Origin: the human T2T-CHM13v2.0 reference genome, Homo sapiens
Length of the DNA stretch: 64,000 nucleotides
Direction: 5' to 3' (one strand)
NCBI RefSeq assembly: GCF_009914755.1
Contig: NC_060945.1
Made by a program: the position numbers and the translations under genes
In this document: in pieces, positions 30,456 through 61,790 of the stretch
How the letters are laid out: the number at the start of each line of letters is the position of its first letter
Numbering within the stretch: the first letter of the stretch is position 1
The notes under the pieces: model-generated
The model's input: only the letters and a program-made list of their open reading frames with translations
What the model was told of the DNA's origin: nothing
The model's database searches: none

Positions 30456-31283
30456 CCACTGTCTTTCCTTCCCTGGGGTTCTCCATTTCCCCTGCTGCTA
30501 GCAGTGGATCAGGAGATGCTTTCTTTCCGTTTGCACTGAGATTTGCTCCTCACTTCTCTTGCTCTGGAGCTGCGACGTCCTGGGGAAGCAGCTGTGCGCA
30601 GTAGTTGCCCTCCCCTGAGCGAGCTGTCAGTCCCCCTTGCAGAGGACACACATAGTGACAGTGTCCTCCTGCCTCTCCCCACAGGAAAAACAAAATTGTC
30701 ATTCCTCCACCAGAGATTCACTTTTCTCCATTAGGGAACTGTCCATTATTAAAATGCAAGGCGGTGACCGCCAGTTGATAAAAGGATGGAGAGTGCCTCC
30801 GAACCCTCCTGGGAGACTGGGAAATGGGAAACCCCAGGGAGGGAAAGGGAGGTGGTGCCGGTCCTGCTTTGATTCAATCGGAGCAAGAATACTTCAAAGG
30901 AAGAATAGAAAAATATTGGGTTGGAAGCTTTCTAAAAAACAAAAAGCAAGCATGGATGAATAGATGAGTCATTGACAATTTAATGGGAATTAGCTCCTCT
31001 AATCATTTCTAATTGCAACTGACAAGAAAGGGTTTTGATGCAGAAGAAAGCAGATATTTTGCAAGGGTGGAACCCTGGGTGATTCTGTTTGGGAACTGCT
31101 GACTGGAGCGGGAAGGGACCGCCAGGGGTGAGGAGGAAACACTTGGGTGGAGGCTGCAAAGGAGGCTCCCAGGCCCTAGCTTCGGGCTTTCCCGCACAGG
31201 GGCCTGCCGCCCTGGTGATCTCCCTTGGGCCAGCAGGGACTCTAGACTCTGCCTCTACAGCCAGATAGCTGGGTTTACATTCA

Positions 31284-32115
<832 letters not shown>

Positions 32116-32290
32116 ATTGTTTTATTCTAGATCAGATGATGCCCACCTCCAGGACTGCCTCTGTACTGACCACACTCCCTCTTGGTATGGTCATCCATGG
32201 GTCAGGTGTTTGGTCTTGCACAAAAATGTGTCTATGTGTGGTAAAATATATACTGTATAACATAAATTTTATGATTTTAACTATTTTTAG

Positions 32291-32754
32291 TTTTAGGGAC
32301 AAACTACCCCAAAAAGCCTCTTGGTACTGCCAACATTCCCCCCAGACCCCTCCGTGCTGCCCACCCCTCCCTGAAAGCTTTTTACATTTTTAAGCCCTTA
32401 TCTAGGCACCGTGGTGAAGCCAGCAGACTTTACCTATCAGGCCTTGCTACGATAAACAAACCCCAATTACAAACCATCCGTACCCCACAGTGGGAGGTCC
32501 TGGGAAGCATAAACAAACTTTACCTACACCCTCCTGTAAGTTCCTTCATCTAGCTGCTACCATAAACGTCATAAGGTGATATATGGCAAAGTTAACCAAC
32601 AAACGACCCCAGGGTCTCTAACCCCCATATAAACCCCTCATTTTGCAAGCTCAGGGCTGCCTCCTCTGTCTGTAATGGAGCAGCCGGCAGGTTAATCAAG
32701 GCTTGACTGAACTTGGGTCTCTCTGGCTTGTCCTTTCTCTCAGCTGACCCTACA
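32291..32754 (+). mobile_element. ERV1-like solo LTR (family unassigned) inside an antisense L1M 3' fragment
   Basis: TATAAA box near 32628, ends GACCCTACA; approximate TSD TTTAG/TTCAG. Confidence 0.6.
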
Positions 32755-32768
32755 TTCAGGTGTATAGT

Positions 32769-36775
<4,007 letters not shown>

Positions 36776-37163
36776 GCCTCAGTTATTTCTTTATAGCAAT
36801 GCAAGAAAGGACAAATATAGGATGGACTTGAGAACAGTAGACCTTATTACCTCATGTGGTTGCTATGAGGACAAAATGGGTTAATATTTTTAAAACACTA
36901 AAGGCAAGTCCTGGCACACAAGTTTCTATACCTGCTTACTAAGTAACCATTTTCCTGCTCTGCCATCCTTTGTGAAGTACCTTATGGGCCAAAATGGTGC
37001 TGAAGCACCAGCCATTATGACTGCATGACAGGAAGGAGGATAAGGCACAATATTTCCCCTCATACTTGGAAAAACAATTTTCTAAAATTAGGATTCCATC
37101 ACCAAGGAGAAACATTCATTTTACTACACACTGCTGTGAATTTATCTCACTAAATAATGCTAT

Positions 37164-37885
<722 letters not shown>

Positions 37886-38399
37886 AGGTTCTTTTCCTCA
37901 ACAATAAATTCCCATCTTCATTTTATTGGGATCTCACTGTCTGAGCTCTTTATTCTCTTTTCCCCAGGAAGATTGTGCTTGAGAAACAATCATCAAGTCT
38001 GTTGGTCCACATCTCCCGCGCACTCCCTGGATACCCCCAACAGGCCAATCCATCAAGCCACAGCTCAGTTTCCAGGGCTTTAAGAGAAGCAGAAGAAACG
38101 CTTCCACAGTCCTCATTGTGTGCAGGGAATGAGCATGAGTTATGGGGGCTCCTCAATGCTGAGCCTAGCCACCCCACTGCTGCATCCCCACAGCCCTTCC
38201 AGAGGGTCTCTATCCCTCCTTATCTAAGAGCAAATCCGGGCTCCATGTCACTGAGTGCTTACTCATCCCCAGGAAGAGGCAGTTGTTGCACTACGGGGTT
38301 TTTTTCTGTAATAAATGTCCTTTATTTTATCAGAGCATGGCACTGAAAGAAAAGAAATCAAATGTATAACTTGCAAACCAGTGGAGTGAGGAAAAGAGG

Positions 38400-38870
38400 A
38401 GGAGGTGCGTAAAACACAACCAACCCAAAAGAAGGGGGTTGATGCCAGTTAAAAAGTGGATGCAGTAAAAAGAAAATACGAAATAAGTTGGGAAAACTGA
38501 GTCAAAATATACTAGAATTCTATTTCATATAAATAATGTAGTCAGTTAAAAGACAGACTTCTTAAAGTAAAAGAAAAAAATCCAGCCATCTGCTGTTTAC
38601 AAGAGACATACCTAAAATATAATGAAAAAAGGAGGACTAAGAAAAGAGTTGGGGAAAATATACCAAGAAAATACGAAATCAAAAGAAAGCTGTTGTCACA
38701 ATTTTGATATCACACAAAAGTGACTTTGAGACAAATAGCTTTATTAGGGATAAAGAGGGTCCTGGCTTAGTAGTAAAAGGAAGAATTTTTGAGGAAAGGC
38801 AAACTTTGAACCTATGAGCCACCAAGTAAATGTTTTCAAATATGTAAAACCTAAATTCAAAAAGTTAATA
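38400..38870 (+). mobile_element. Ancient L1M ORF2 (endonuclease-region) fragment
   Basis: TGCTGTTTACAAGAGACATACCTAAAATATAA motif in A-rich context. Confidence 0.65.
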
Positions 38871-39114
38871 TATTTTCAACTTCTTCCATTCCTCTTCCTT
38901 CTCCTTCCTCACTCTCTCCTTCTCTCCCTTCCTTAATAATTTAGTTTAAAATCTATTAGACTGAGCAAGGTGATGGTGGGCCCCCTGGTGGCATGAAGCG
39001 CAGCAGCAGGAGGAGGGGCAGCATCACAGGCCTGGAGTAGGTGTCAGAGTCCAGGTGGTGGAGGGGCCAGGATGGCAGACCAGCGTAGGATGGTAGGGTG
39101 GCAGGGCCCAGCTG

Positions 39115-39392
39115 GGCACTATGGACCAAGTTGTATCCCTCAACATTCAAATATTGAATCCCTATGTGACTACATTTGGAGATGGGGCTTTTAGGAGGTA
39201 AATAAGGAAGGTTCCATGAGGTCATAAGGGTGGGACCCTCATCTGATAGGACTGGTACCCCTCTAGGAGAGAAGAAGAAAGTCTATGTGAGAACACAGCA
39301 TGAAGGTAGCTGTCCACAAGCCAGGAAAGGAGCCCTTACTGGGAACCCGACCAGGCCAGCACCTTGATCTCAGACTTCTTGCCTCCAGAAGC
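39115..39392 (+). mobile_element. MLT1A/B-like MaLR LTR fragment
   Basis: ATTTGGAGATGGGGCTTTT, GAGGTCATAAGGGTGGG, CACCTTGATCTCAGACTT. Confidence 0.7.
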
Positions 39393-40016
39393 CCCAATGC
39401 AATGAGGAGGTATCCACGGGACCTGGCCCCAGAATTGTCCTGGTGCAGAGTTCCAGATCCCAAAAGGGATGAGGAGAGTTTACTTATGGGGACAGCAGTG
39501 GCCCACAGAGTGCCAGGACCCGAGAAGAGTGGTCAGGACATCCATGTTAGGAGGTGGGTCATCCACTGGAAATTGGTCAGACACTGGGGATTGATACAAT
39601 AGTAAATACACTGATGATAATGGGAACCAGGTTTCTCACTGTTGGAAAAGGGAGTCACAAATCTGGAAAGGGAGAAAATGAGAATGCGCTCCATGGGGTT
39701 GGGTCGGAGGAACTGGTGTGCACTCATGGTCTTCAATATAAGTACAGAAATAGATCCGCATAGAAATGTGTGTATTAATATGCTTGTTTCCTTGCTCTGT
39801 CCACTGAGAAGGCCTTAGACCTCAACAGTAATGAATACACCTAGAGCTCAGATCTTGGTTTCTAAATACCATTCTCCAATATATAAAATCAGGGCTCCCT
39901 GGAGAAATGGCTGATTGTAGAGCTTGGGCAGGAAAGGTACAAAATAAGCCTGAAATCTTTTTTTATAGAAACAAGGCAGTGCTCAAAGAATGATGGGACA
40001 TGTCAAAAAACAACAC

Positions 40017-47444
<7,428 letters not shown>

Positions 47445-47504
47445 GGTGCTAAGATTACAGGTGTGAGCCACCACACTTGGACTTGGCTCCTGTGAGTGTT
47501 TTTG

Positions 47505-49980
<2,476 letters not shown>

Positions 49981-50711
49981 GCAGATGCCATGTTAATCTG
50001 ATGGTCAAGGTTAACATCACCACCAATGGGCCACATTAAAGCTGTGTGCCCTGGCAGGATGCAGTGAGAGCTCTGCGTCGCTTTCACCATCTTCCTGCCC
50101 AAGAGGCATCACCTGAGCCTCATCGTGGGGGAATCGTCAGCCCAACCCGCAGTGAGGGGCGGGGGCTCCACAAGACACCTGGCCTGTGATCATCCAAGGG
50201 CAAAGTCCTGAAAGTCAAGGAAAGATGGAAAAGCTGTTCCAAGGAACAGCTCGGACCACTAAATGCAACAGACCACTAAATGCAAACACTAAATGCAGAG
50301 ACATGACCACTAAATGCAACAAGGGATCCTGGAAGGGACTCTTGTGCTGTAAAGGACGTCGCTGGGGCCATTGAGGAAACTCGAACAGGACCTGTGGATC
50401 AGATAATCATGATACATCAGTGCTGATTTCCCGATTTCTATGTCTAGATGTGGTTACGTAGGAAAACATCCCTGTTCGTAGGTAGTTCACACTAACATAT
50501 TTGGTGGTGGGTTATCATGGTGACAACTCAATTGGTTGAGAAAAAAAACAAACCCTTTGTGATATTCTTACAATGAGTGAATGAGTGAGTGAATGCTAAC
50601 CCCTCACCACAGTACAGGAAGGTTACAACAAATGCAGTCATAAAGACTGGCTTCAGCCACCCTCTGCAGCCAAACCCATGTGATGGGCCTACAAGTCATC
50701 CAAAGTGTGCT

Positions 50712-53246
<2,535 letters not shown>

Positions 53247-54210
53247 CTAGGCTGCTTTTAGCCATCAACGTGTATTGAGGGCAAGGACATCTAGAGTCGA
53301 GTGAATAGTGGCGAGGCACCACGGAAACGCAGCCACCAGACTGCATCAGAGGGACCTGTCCTTGCCCTGCCTTCCTCTGACTGTCTGGTCAATGTACAGG
53401 GTGGGGAGTGGGCCAAGGTTGGGTGCATCGTTTTATTTTAGTTCAACTGCACAGCAGTCTGAAACAGAGCAGAATGCTTCTTCCTGGACTGCGTGTCATT
53501 CTGTGTCTGCTTTGAAGTTTGCCATGCCTTTTCCCCACACTCACACGTGCTGTCTGCCAGCCCCCTCCATCATCTGCCAGCCCCCTCCAACCGCAGGACT
53601 ACTCAGTATCTGTGGGATGCCTCTGCCACCCTCACTGGAGCTGTGGCCACGAGATGTGCTCTGGATGCCTCAGCGGGTCCCTCAGGACCTGCAGGGACAG
53701 TATCCAGCACAGCATCAGGACAAAGTGCTCTTGGCTTCTAGTTCTAGAACAAGCGGCTCGTGCCAATCAACCCTGCTTCCAGCTCTTCCTGTCTTTATTT
53801 TTTGACCTGAAAATGTGCATTTACCTGTTACTGGGGAGACTGGCTAGCCAGGCAGGGAGCGCGAATCCTAAGTGCACACACATTCCTCCGTGTGAACAGA
53901 CCACAGCTTGCTTTTCATTGTCCTGGCCACATCAGGAAACAGCACCCGCAGCGGCTTTGCAGACCCCTCCCCTCAAGTGTTCTTGTATTCAACCCCCACA
54001 CCCTGCAAGAAGTAAGGATGACCCTGACTTCTGACACCTGACGTTGGCTTTGCCTGTTTCTGAATTTGGTTGCAGAATCACTCAGCATGTTCTAAGGGCA
54101 GAGAGTCACTGGTGTCGCTGTGAGTATACATTGCCTTATCGAGGGTGCTGCCTCCCCGTGTCAGGCTGTGGTGCTGCTGGGAATTGCTTGCATGTGCCAC
54201 ACCTGACACA

Positions 54211-54720
54211 AGTTAGCCAGGCGTGGTGGCACGCGCCTGTAATCCCAGCTACTCAGGAGGCTAGGGCAGGAGAATCACTGAAACCTGGGAGGCAAAGGTT
54301 TCAGTGAGCCGAGATGTCGCCACTGCACTCCAGCTTGGAGACAGAGCGAAACTCCGTCTCAAAAAAAAAAAAAAAAAGAGAGAAAGAAAAAGAAAACCTG
54401 GCAGATACCTCCTTACCCTTGTGCTCAAGGTCAACATTGCCAGTCATGAGACACTTGGACATGTGGACCCCTGGTGTGGTACCCTGGGAAGGACACAGCG
54501 CCACTGCATGCACTTCCCGCCAAAATGTGTAGCCTGTGAAATGATGTCCGGCCAAACATGGAGACACATTCCGCAGCACTCACCCCTCAGAGGTGTCATG
54601 GCCACTGAGGCCAGGACGAACTGAGGGACAGTCACAGCGTGGAGGGGACTAAGGCGACAGCAAAGGGCAGCCTGGGAGGCTGGCTTGGGTCCTGGGACAG
54701 GAAGATGATGGCGTGGGGAC
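54211..54720 (+). mobile_element. Alu right arm (54211-54377) followed by an L1MC 3' UTR fragment
   Basis: AAACCTGGCAGATACCTCCTTA...CAAGGTCAACATTGCCAGT. Confidence 0.7.
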
Positions 54721-55742
54721 TTTTAAAGTACGGAGTCACTTGGCCTGGCTGTGTTTGTGCATGAACCAGCAGAGGGGGAGAAAGTGGTCAGGTCATAGCG
54801 GGAGGGCCACAGGGGACATCCAGGGGCAAGTGAGACCGGGAAGGACTCCTGCCTGATTTTCCTGCCTTCCTGAATTTCTGTGTTTGCAGGGGCGGGGAGG
54901 GGGGATGTAATTTACATACAGCAAAACAGAGAGATCTCAAAAGATGCTGTTGGGTGAGTACTGTCAAACGTGTACACCATGTAACCGTCACCCCAGTCAA
55001 GACGTGGAGTGTTTCCATCACCCCTCAGGCTTTGCCCTGTGCCCCACAATCATACTTCCCAGTGCTGCGCTTAGACCGGGTAGGCAGGACGCCGTGCCTC
55101 AGGGCTCGGGCTGACCGAGGAGGAAGCAAATACTTCAGCAGCCCTACTCAGGGGCCGCGCTCTAGTATTTCTTTGGGATTTTCCAAGTCTGTCTTTGGTG
55201 CTTGGGAATGGTTGGTCCCCATCTTTCCCATGCAGGGCACTCTCTGATCCTCTATACCCTACCTCCTAGGGTCAACCAGTCCATGCCTGTCTTGGCCTTC
55301 AGCAGTGCGTGTGTATGTGTGTGTGCGTGCGTGCATGTGTGCACACATACCCTTTGGTGTTCTGCTGTTCCACTTTTCTGGTTAAGCACCCAAGGTGGTG
55401 GGGTAGGGGCGGGGGTCCTTCACCCTGTGCACTCCAGGACACACCCCCATCCCCTCTGTAGGCTCCACTCCACACCACCTGCCCACCTCCACACCTATGA
55501 CCTTGTCCCCTCTCGCCTCTGATCAGGATGGTGATGTTGTGGCGAGGTCGTGCTCTCCCAGGTCCATCTTCAGGCCTGTAGACAGAAAGACGGACCTTCC
55601 TCGCACAAGTGGACCTCTCTTCTCGCTTGACCCAGAGCCCTGCTGGAGGCGGCCAGGGAGGCAGGGGTGTGGGCGACACTGGGAATGCAGCTGAGGAGTC
55701 CAAGTGGGCCCATGACTGGAAGTCTCCTGCTTCTACTAAGAA

Positions 55743-55848
55743 TTTTTTTTTTCAAGACAGGAGTTTTGCTCTTGTCGCCCAGGCTGGAGTGCAGTGGCCC
55801 ACCTCGACCTCCCAAAGTGCTGGGATTACAGACATGAGCCACCTGGCC
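55743..55848 (-). mobile_element. Internally deleted Alu (~105 bp)
   Basis: GGAGTGCAGTGG joined directly to CCCACCTCGACCTCCCAAAGTGC. Confidence 0.85.
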
Positions 55849-56472
55849 GTATCCAGTTATCTGTTGATATCAGTATGGATTTGGGGACATTTATTTTATG
55901 CTGTTATAAACCAATGCTATGGCCATTGACTCATTCCAGGTTTGGCCCCTGGGATCTCCCTCAGGCTGGCCCCTGGGTTCTTTCAACAATTCCCCATCTT
56001 TTTCAAACACATCCTCATTTCCTGGGTCTACAAAGTACTCCAGGCTTAGCTAGGATTTCGTCTGCCCCAGTCCTGGAACAAACCAGTTCTCCAAGGATTG
56101 CCAGTTTCATACGCTGGAGAATAGTGCTAGAAAACGAAGATCTGAGTGCAAGGTGAGCTCACTGTGGCTGGGATATCATCGTTTCTAGACCCTTTGAGCT
56201 TAAAGACCTAGAAAAGACATGCATACTTAATAGCCCAAGCATAGGCAGGCTTCTGCATTTATTCCTGTATCTACCTGCATATATACATGGTAAAAACCAT
56301 GGGTTTACACAGATACCTTGGAGCCAACCCAACACCAAGGGCTTTCCTTGGCCTCCCTCTGGCTCTCACTGTCCGATGCAGATTAGATTTACCTGTGTGG
56401 TCAATCCTCGTGTGTACATACATTTCAGAACTGCTGGCCTGGACCCATGTGAAAAACAGTCACCATCTACAG

Positions 56473-56690
56473 CAGGGGTGTCCAAGCTTTTGGCTTCCCT
56501 GGGCCACACTGAACAACTGTATTGCACCACACATAAAATACACTAACATTAATGATGACTGATGAGTTAAAAAAAAAAAAATCGCAAAAAAATCTCATAA
56601 TGTCTTACGAAAGTTTACAAATTTGTGTTGGGCCGCATTCAAAGCTGTCCTGGGCCGCACAGCCCAGAAGCCGCGAGTTGGACAAGCTTG
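56473..56690 (+). mobile_element. MER30 (hAT-Charlie non-autonomous DNA transposon)
   Basis: CAGGGGTGTCCAA...TTGGACAAGCTTG termini; 8-bp TSD ATCTACAG/ATCTCCAG. Confidence 0.92.
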
Positions 56691-56769
56691 ATCTCCAGTA
56701 TTCTGTCCAGTTCTTTTTGTCTTTAAACTTACTTACAGTATCCATCAAAATCCTATTTTCCAAAGTTAC

Positions 56770-57046
56770 TTTTTTTTTCTTTTTAGATAGAGTCTCGCTC
56801 TGTGGCCCAGGCTTGAATGTGATCTCAGCTCACTGCAACCTCCACATCCTGGGCCTCCTGCCTCAGCCTCCCCAGTAGCTGGGACTACAGGCGTGTGCAC
56901 CACCATGCCCAACTAATTTTTGTATTTTTAGTAGAGACAGGGTTTCACCGTGATGGCCAGGCTGGTCTTGAACTCCTTACCTCAGGTGATCCTGCCTCAG
57001 CCTCCCAAAGTGCTGGAATTACAGGCGTAAGCCACTGTTCCTGGCC
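56770..57046 (-). mobile_element. AluS with small deletions
   Basis: Antisense Alu; flanking AGTTACT repeats. Confidence 0.9.
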
Positions 57047-58159
57047 CACAGTTACTCGTTTCTTTCCTTCACCCTGGATTCAGGATGGTAAAGTTATTCC
57101 TTTTGAACAGTGAAGTTTGCTTGTTACTGTTTATATCCATTTGGAATTTCTCCCACAATCTGGTTGATCTTCATTATTTTGGGGGGCTATGAAACATCAC
57201 TGTGATTCTAAGAATGGGGCGCTTCACAGAAAGTCTCCTTAGAAAAATGTTGCTCCGCTCCATCCCTGCTACTCCATTCCCGTTCCCTTCTTTCTGCCCC
57301 ACTCCCATCCGCCCCTGCAGGCAACAACTCTCTTTAGGTCCTGGTTTATCTTTCCTTCCTCCAGAGCACCCGAGTAACTGCTTCTCTCCCCATCTCCCTT
57401 ACCTGAAGAGCACACGCTGCAGATACACATCTGCACCTGCTTCGTGCTCAGCAGCGGGTCGTGGGAACCACCCCACATTGTCACTCATCTGTCACGGCTG
57501 CACAGTGCTCCCTTGTGACACAATGCACAGCCTATAACCTTTTGGGTGTTTGCATATTGTTGGACGTGCATCTTCAGGGCAGACTCCACCAAGCGCTGCT
57601 TCTGGGTGTGGGTCAGACGTGGGACCTGGGAAAGGATCCAAAGGGCCCTGTGGTCCGGTCCAGACCAGGGTGAGGCATGGAGGAGGCTCTGCACAGCCAT
57701 TTGCAGCTCAGCCAGCACCGGGTGATGGCAGGGAGGCCTGGGCTTCTGCACTGGCTTCTGGCCTCTTCTGGGCACCCACGCTTTGTCCATGAATGGAAAG
57801 CAATGCTGACGGCTGCCCAATGTGTCCAGGACGTTTCTGAAACTCCTGTTCCTCTCCCCGTCCCTCTCTCTGTCCCACTGTCCACCTCAGTGACCTCCTC
57901 TCTTCGTGGCTCTCACCCCACACTCTGCCACTGCCACATTTTCCTCTGCGCCCAGCCTCTGCCTCCACCTGAAACTTTCCTGGAAATCTCAAAATGTAAT
58001 TCCAGGTCCCGCTGCCCTGGGCAGCACATCCCCCTTCAGAATAAAGGGCACCAACCGTCCCCTGGCACCTGCCTAAGCCATACCCCTTGCTCCCCTCCCC
58101 AGTCCCTGCAGCCCAAGGGTCCCCTCGACCACCCCAAGTCCCCACCTGGGCTTCTGCTG

Positions 58160-58860
58160 CACCCCCGCTGCCCTCCCTCCCGCTGGCCGGCAGCACCTTC
58201 TCCACCCGGGCCCCTCTGCTCACAGCGCTCCCCGTCCCCGTCTCCCCGAGGGGCGGGGAGCCAGGACATGGCCCTGAAAGCCTAGCCCTGGCCTTGACCT
58301 CCCCAGAGCGCCCTCCCCACCCTCTGCCCTCTGCCAACCCCGGCCCCTGCCCTGGCCCCGTCCTTGTCCTCTGCTGCTGGCCTTGGGGTCGCGCCCCGCA
58401 GACTGGGCTGTGCGTGGGGGTCCTGGCGGCCTGTGCCGTCCCACGCCTACGGGGATGGGCGAGGTCCTTCTTGGGGCTTCTCTTACCCACTCTCCAGTCA
58501 CCTGAGGGCGCTGCTTCCCTGCGGCCACCCCAGGTTTCTGTGCAGCCGAAGCCTCTGCCTCTGCGGCCGGGTGATCCCAAGACCCCGGGGTCCAGGGAGG
58601 CACGGGATCTGCTCCCCCGGTCCCAAATGCACCGGCTGCGCCTTAGGAGGGACGGCCTCCACCCATGGCGCTGGCGCCCAGGGGCCGCTCCTCGGACTAC
58701 AGCACTTGCTCGTCGCCCTGCGCCCTGTTTAGTTCTCATCACCAGCAGCCTGGACTAGGGCCCTGGTCCTTCTGGCCTCCTTCCACAGCCCGCTGCACAT
58801 CTCACCCACTTCCCCGAGGTGCTGTCATTGTTTAGCTGGGCCCCTCAGCCTCCGTGGTTT
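58160..58860. promoter_or_regulatory. GC/CpG-rich segment (weak CpG island; possible promoter or enhancer)
   Basis: Repeat-free, visibly enriched in CG dinucleotides; GC box GGGGCGGGG at ~58250. Confidence 0.55.
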
Positions 58861-58948
58861 AGAATCGTCAGAAAGCCCGGTTCATCAGGTCACTATTGAT
58901 TCTGGTTTGCATAATCCTTTCTAAACTGTGTGACTGTTCCCTGTCAAA

Positions 58949-59640
<692 letters not shown>

Positions 59641-60500
59641 GTTTTCTTTCCTGTTCCCATCTCTTTATCCTCCTTGGCTGCTTCCTCCACTCCATTCTCC
59701 TGCTCAGGAATTTGCTCTCCAGGGTTTTTCATTCCGCTCCTTAGCAGAAGGTGTTCCTGTTGCTTTCCAAGGTCAGTTTTCACTCCCAAGGCCTCTGTGT
59801 TCTTCTCCCTAATGGTGCCCTCCCCCAAATCTGATGGAAGCAAGCCCCTGCCTGCTTTGGAGGTCCCCAACCCCCAAACGTGGTGGGTGGGTCGCTTGGT
59901 GCTGCCACTGACTCCTGCCCCCAAGAGCTGCCTCTCATTTCAAGCTGATGCACTTCTCGCTGTGACCTCACAGGAGGAATGGCGGGTCCCACCTGTCTTG
60001 AGAGGTTGCTGTCTGACATCAGTGCAGGTGTAGAGAGGAGGGGGCAGGGGTGAAGGGCCATCGTGGTGCAAACCCCACTTCCTCCAAGGAGGAGCTGAGC
60101 AGAACAGGAAGCGTCGGGCCTTCAGCTCCCACGCCTCCGGCTGAGGCTTCCATACGTGACCCAGGGCAGACTGGTAGTGAAGTCCCCATGCTCAGCCAGG
60201 AGCACCGCTGAGGCCTCCAGTGCACCGAGGGGTGATGTGCAGAGGCCCCGCTGCATCCACGGTGGTTTTTTGGTGGGCAGCACTTGCATGCCCCGGCCTG
60301 GAGTGGCCCCAGCCCAGGGGTGTCTGGCAGGAAGGGGTCTCGGGACCATCTGCTCCAGGGTCTCCTTTGAGACCAGTAAGGGGAAGTGCCTGCCATCCGT
60401 GAGTAGAGCCTCACAGAGTGCTGGGAGCGCCTGTGGGTGAGGATGGGGCTGGCCTGGGAGGACGAGGGGCTTCGAAGCCACGGGAAGGAGGCTGGGGCCA

Positions 60501-60692
60501 CAAGCCCCCAGGGGGGTGGATGGGAGGGGCTGGGCAGGAGGAGGGTTCCCGGGCCGCCTCAAGCCCCCAGGGGGGCAGATGGGAGGGGCTGGGCAGGAGG
60601 AGGGTTCCCGGGCCGCCTCAAGCCCCCAGGGGGGCAGATGGGAGGGGCTGGGCAGGAGGAGGGTTCCCGGGCCGCCTCAAGCCCCCAGGGGG
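60501..60692 (+). repeat. Minisatellite, 59-bp unit x ~3.25
   Basis: Units start at 60501, 60560, 60619 and 60678: CAAGCCCCCAGGGGGGCAGATGGGAGGGGCTGGGCAGGAGGAGGGTTCCCGGGCCGCCT. Confidence 0.97.
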
Positions 60693-60781
60693 CCGCCCCT
60701 GTGTACCTGCTGTGCCTGCCTGAGTTAGGCCCTCCTGTCTGCACGCCACCCCTGCTGGCTGCAGTGACTCCATCTCCAGAC

Positions 60782-61790
60782 CGTGTGTGTGTATGTGTAT
60801 GAGTGTGCGTGGTGTGTCTGTGTATGGTGTCTATGCATGTATGATGTGTGTAAATAGTATGATGTATTTGTGTATGCGTATCTATGTGGTGTGTGTGTCT
60901 GTATGGTGTCTATATAGTGTAGTGTGTGTGCATGTATGATGTGAGTGGTACAGTGTGTGCACAGCTGTATGTGGTGTGTCTGATGCTGTGTGAATGTGTG
61001 CATGTGTGGGGTATGTATGTACATGTATGGTGTAAGTGGGATGGTATGTATCTGTATGTGGTGGTGTGCGTGTGTTTGTGGTATGGTGTGTCTGTGTGCA
61101 TGTGTACATGTATAGTGTGAGTGGGATGGTATGGTATTTGTGCGTATGCATGTATGGTTTGTGTGTGTGGCATAGTACGTGGTATAATGTGTGTGTGGTA
61201 TATGTGTGCACCTGTATCTGTATGGTGTCTGCGCATGAGTGGACATGTGTGCGTATGTGGTGTGGTGTGTGGTGTGTATGTGCGCAATGCACATATGGTG
61301 CGAGTGTGTATGTGATGTTTGGTGTGCATGTGTGGTGTGAGTGTATGTGCACATATGGTGCATAAGTGCCTGTGTGGGGTGGTGTACTGTGATGTGTGAT
61401 GTATGAATCTATGTATGTGCATATATATGGTGCGAGTGTGTGCATACGTGATTGGTTGTGTGTGGGTGCCTCTATGGTGTGTGCATGTTCTGTGTGGTGT
61501 GTGCCTGTGTGTATGTGGATATGTGCATGTATGGTGTGAGTTTAGTGTGGTGTGGCACATGTGTGTATGTGGATGTGTGGTATGTGAGTGCATGATGTAC
61601 CTGTGTATGTACATGTATGGTGCGGAGTGCGCACGTGTGATGTGGTGTGGTACATGCGTAAGTACATGTGTGGTGTGGTGGGTGTGTGTGCATGGTGTGG
61701 AATGTGCACGTGTGTGATGTGTGGCACATGCATATGTACGTGTATGGTGCACGTGTGTGTAGTGTGGTATAGCGTAGCATGGTGCATGCT
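60782..61790. repeat. ~1-kb degenerate (TG)n/(TGTA/TGG) tract
   Basis: TG-dominated low-complexity DNA; source of the His/Thr-rich ORFs. Confidence 0.95.

Noticed and set aside
60501-60692. Repeat array considered as CRISPR-like (also 10119-10244 and 50254-50320)
   Set aside because: Head-to-tail tandem units with no unique spacers, no cas genes, eukaryotic context
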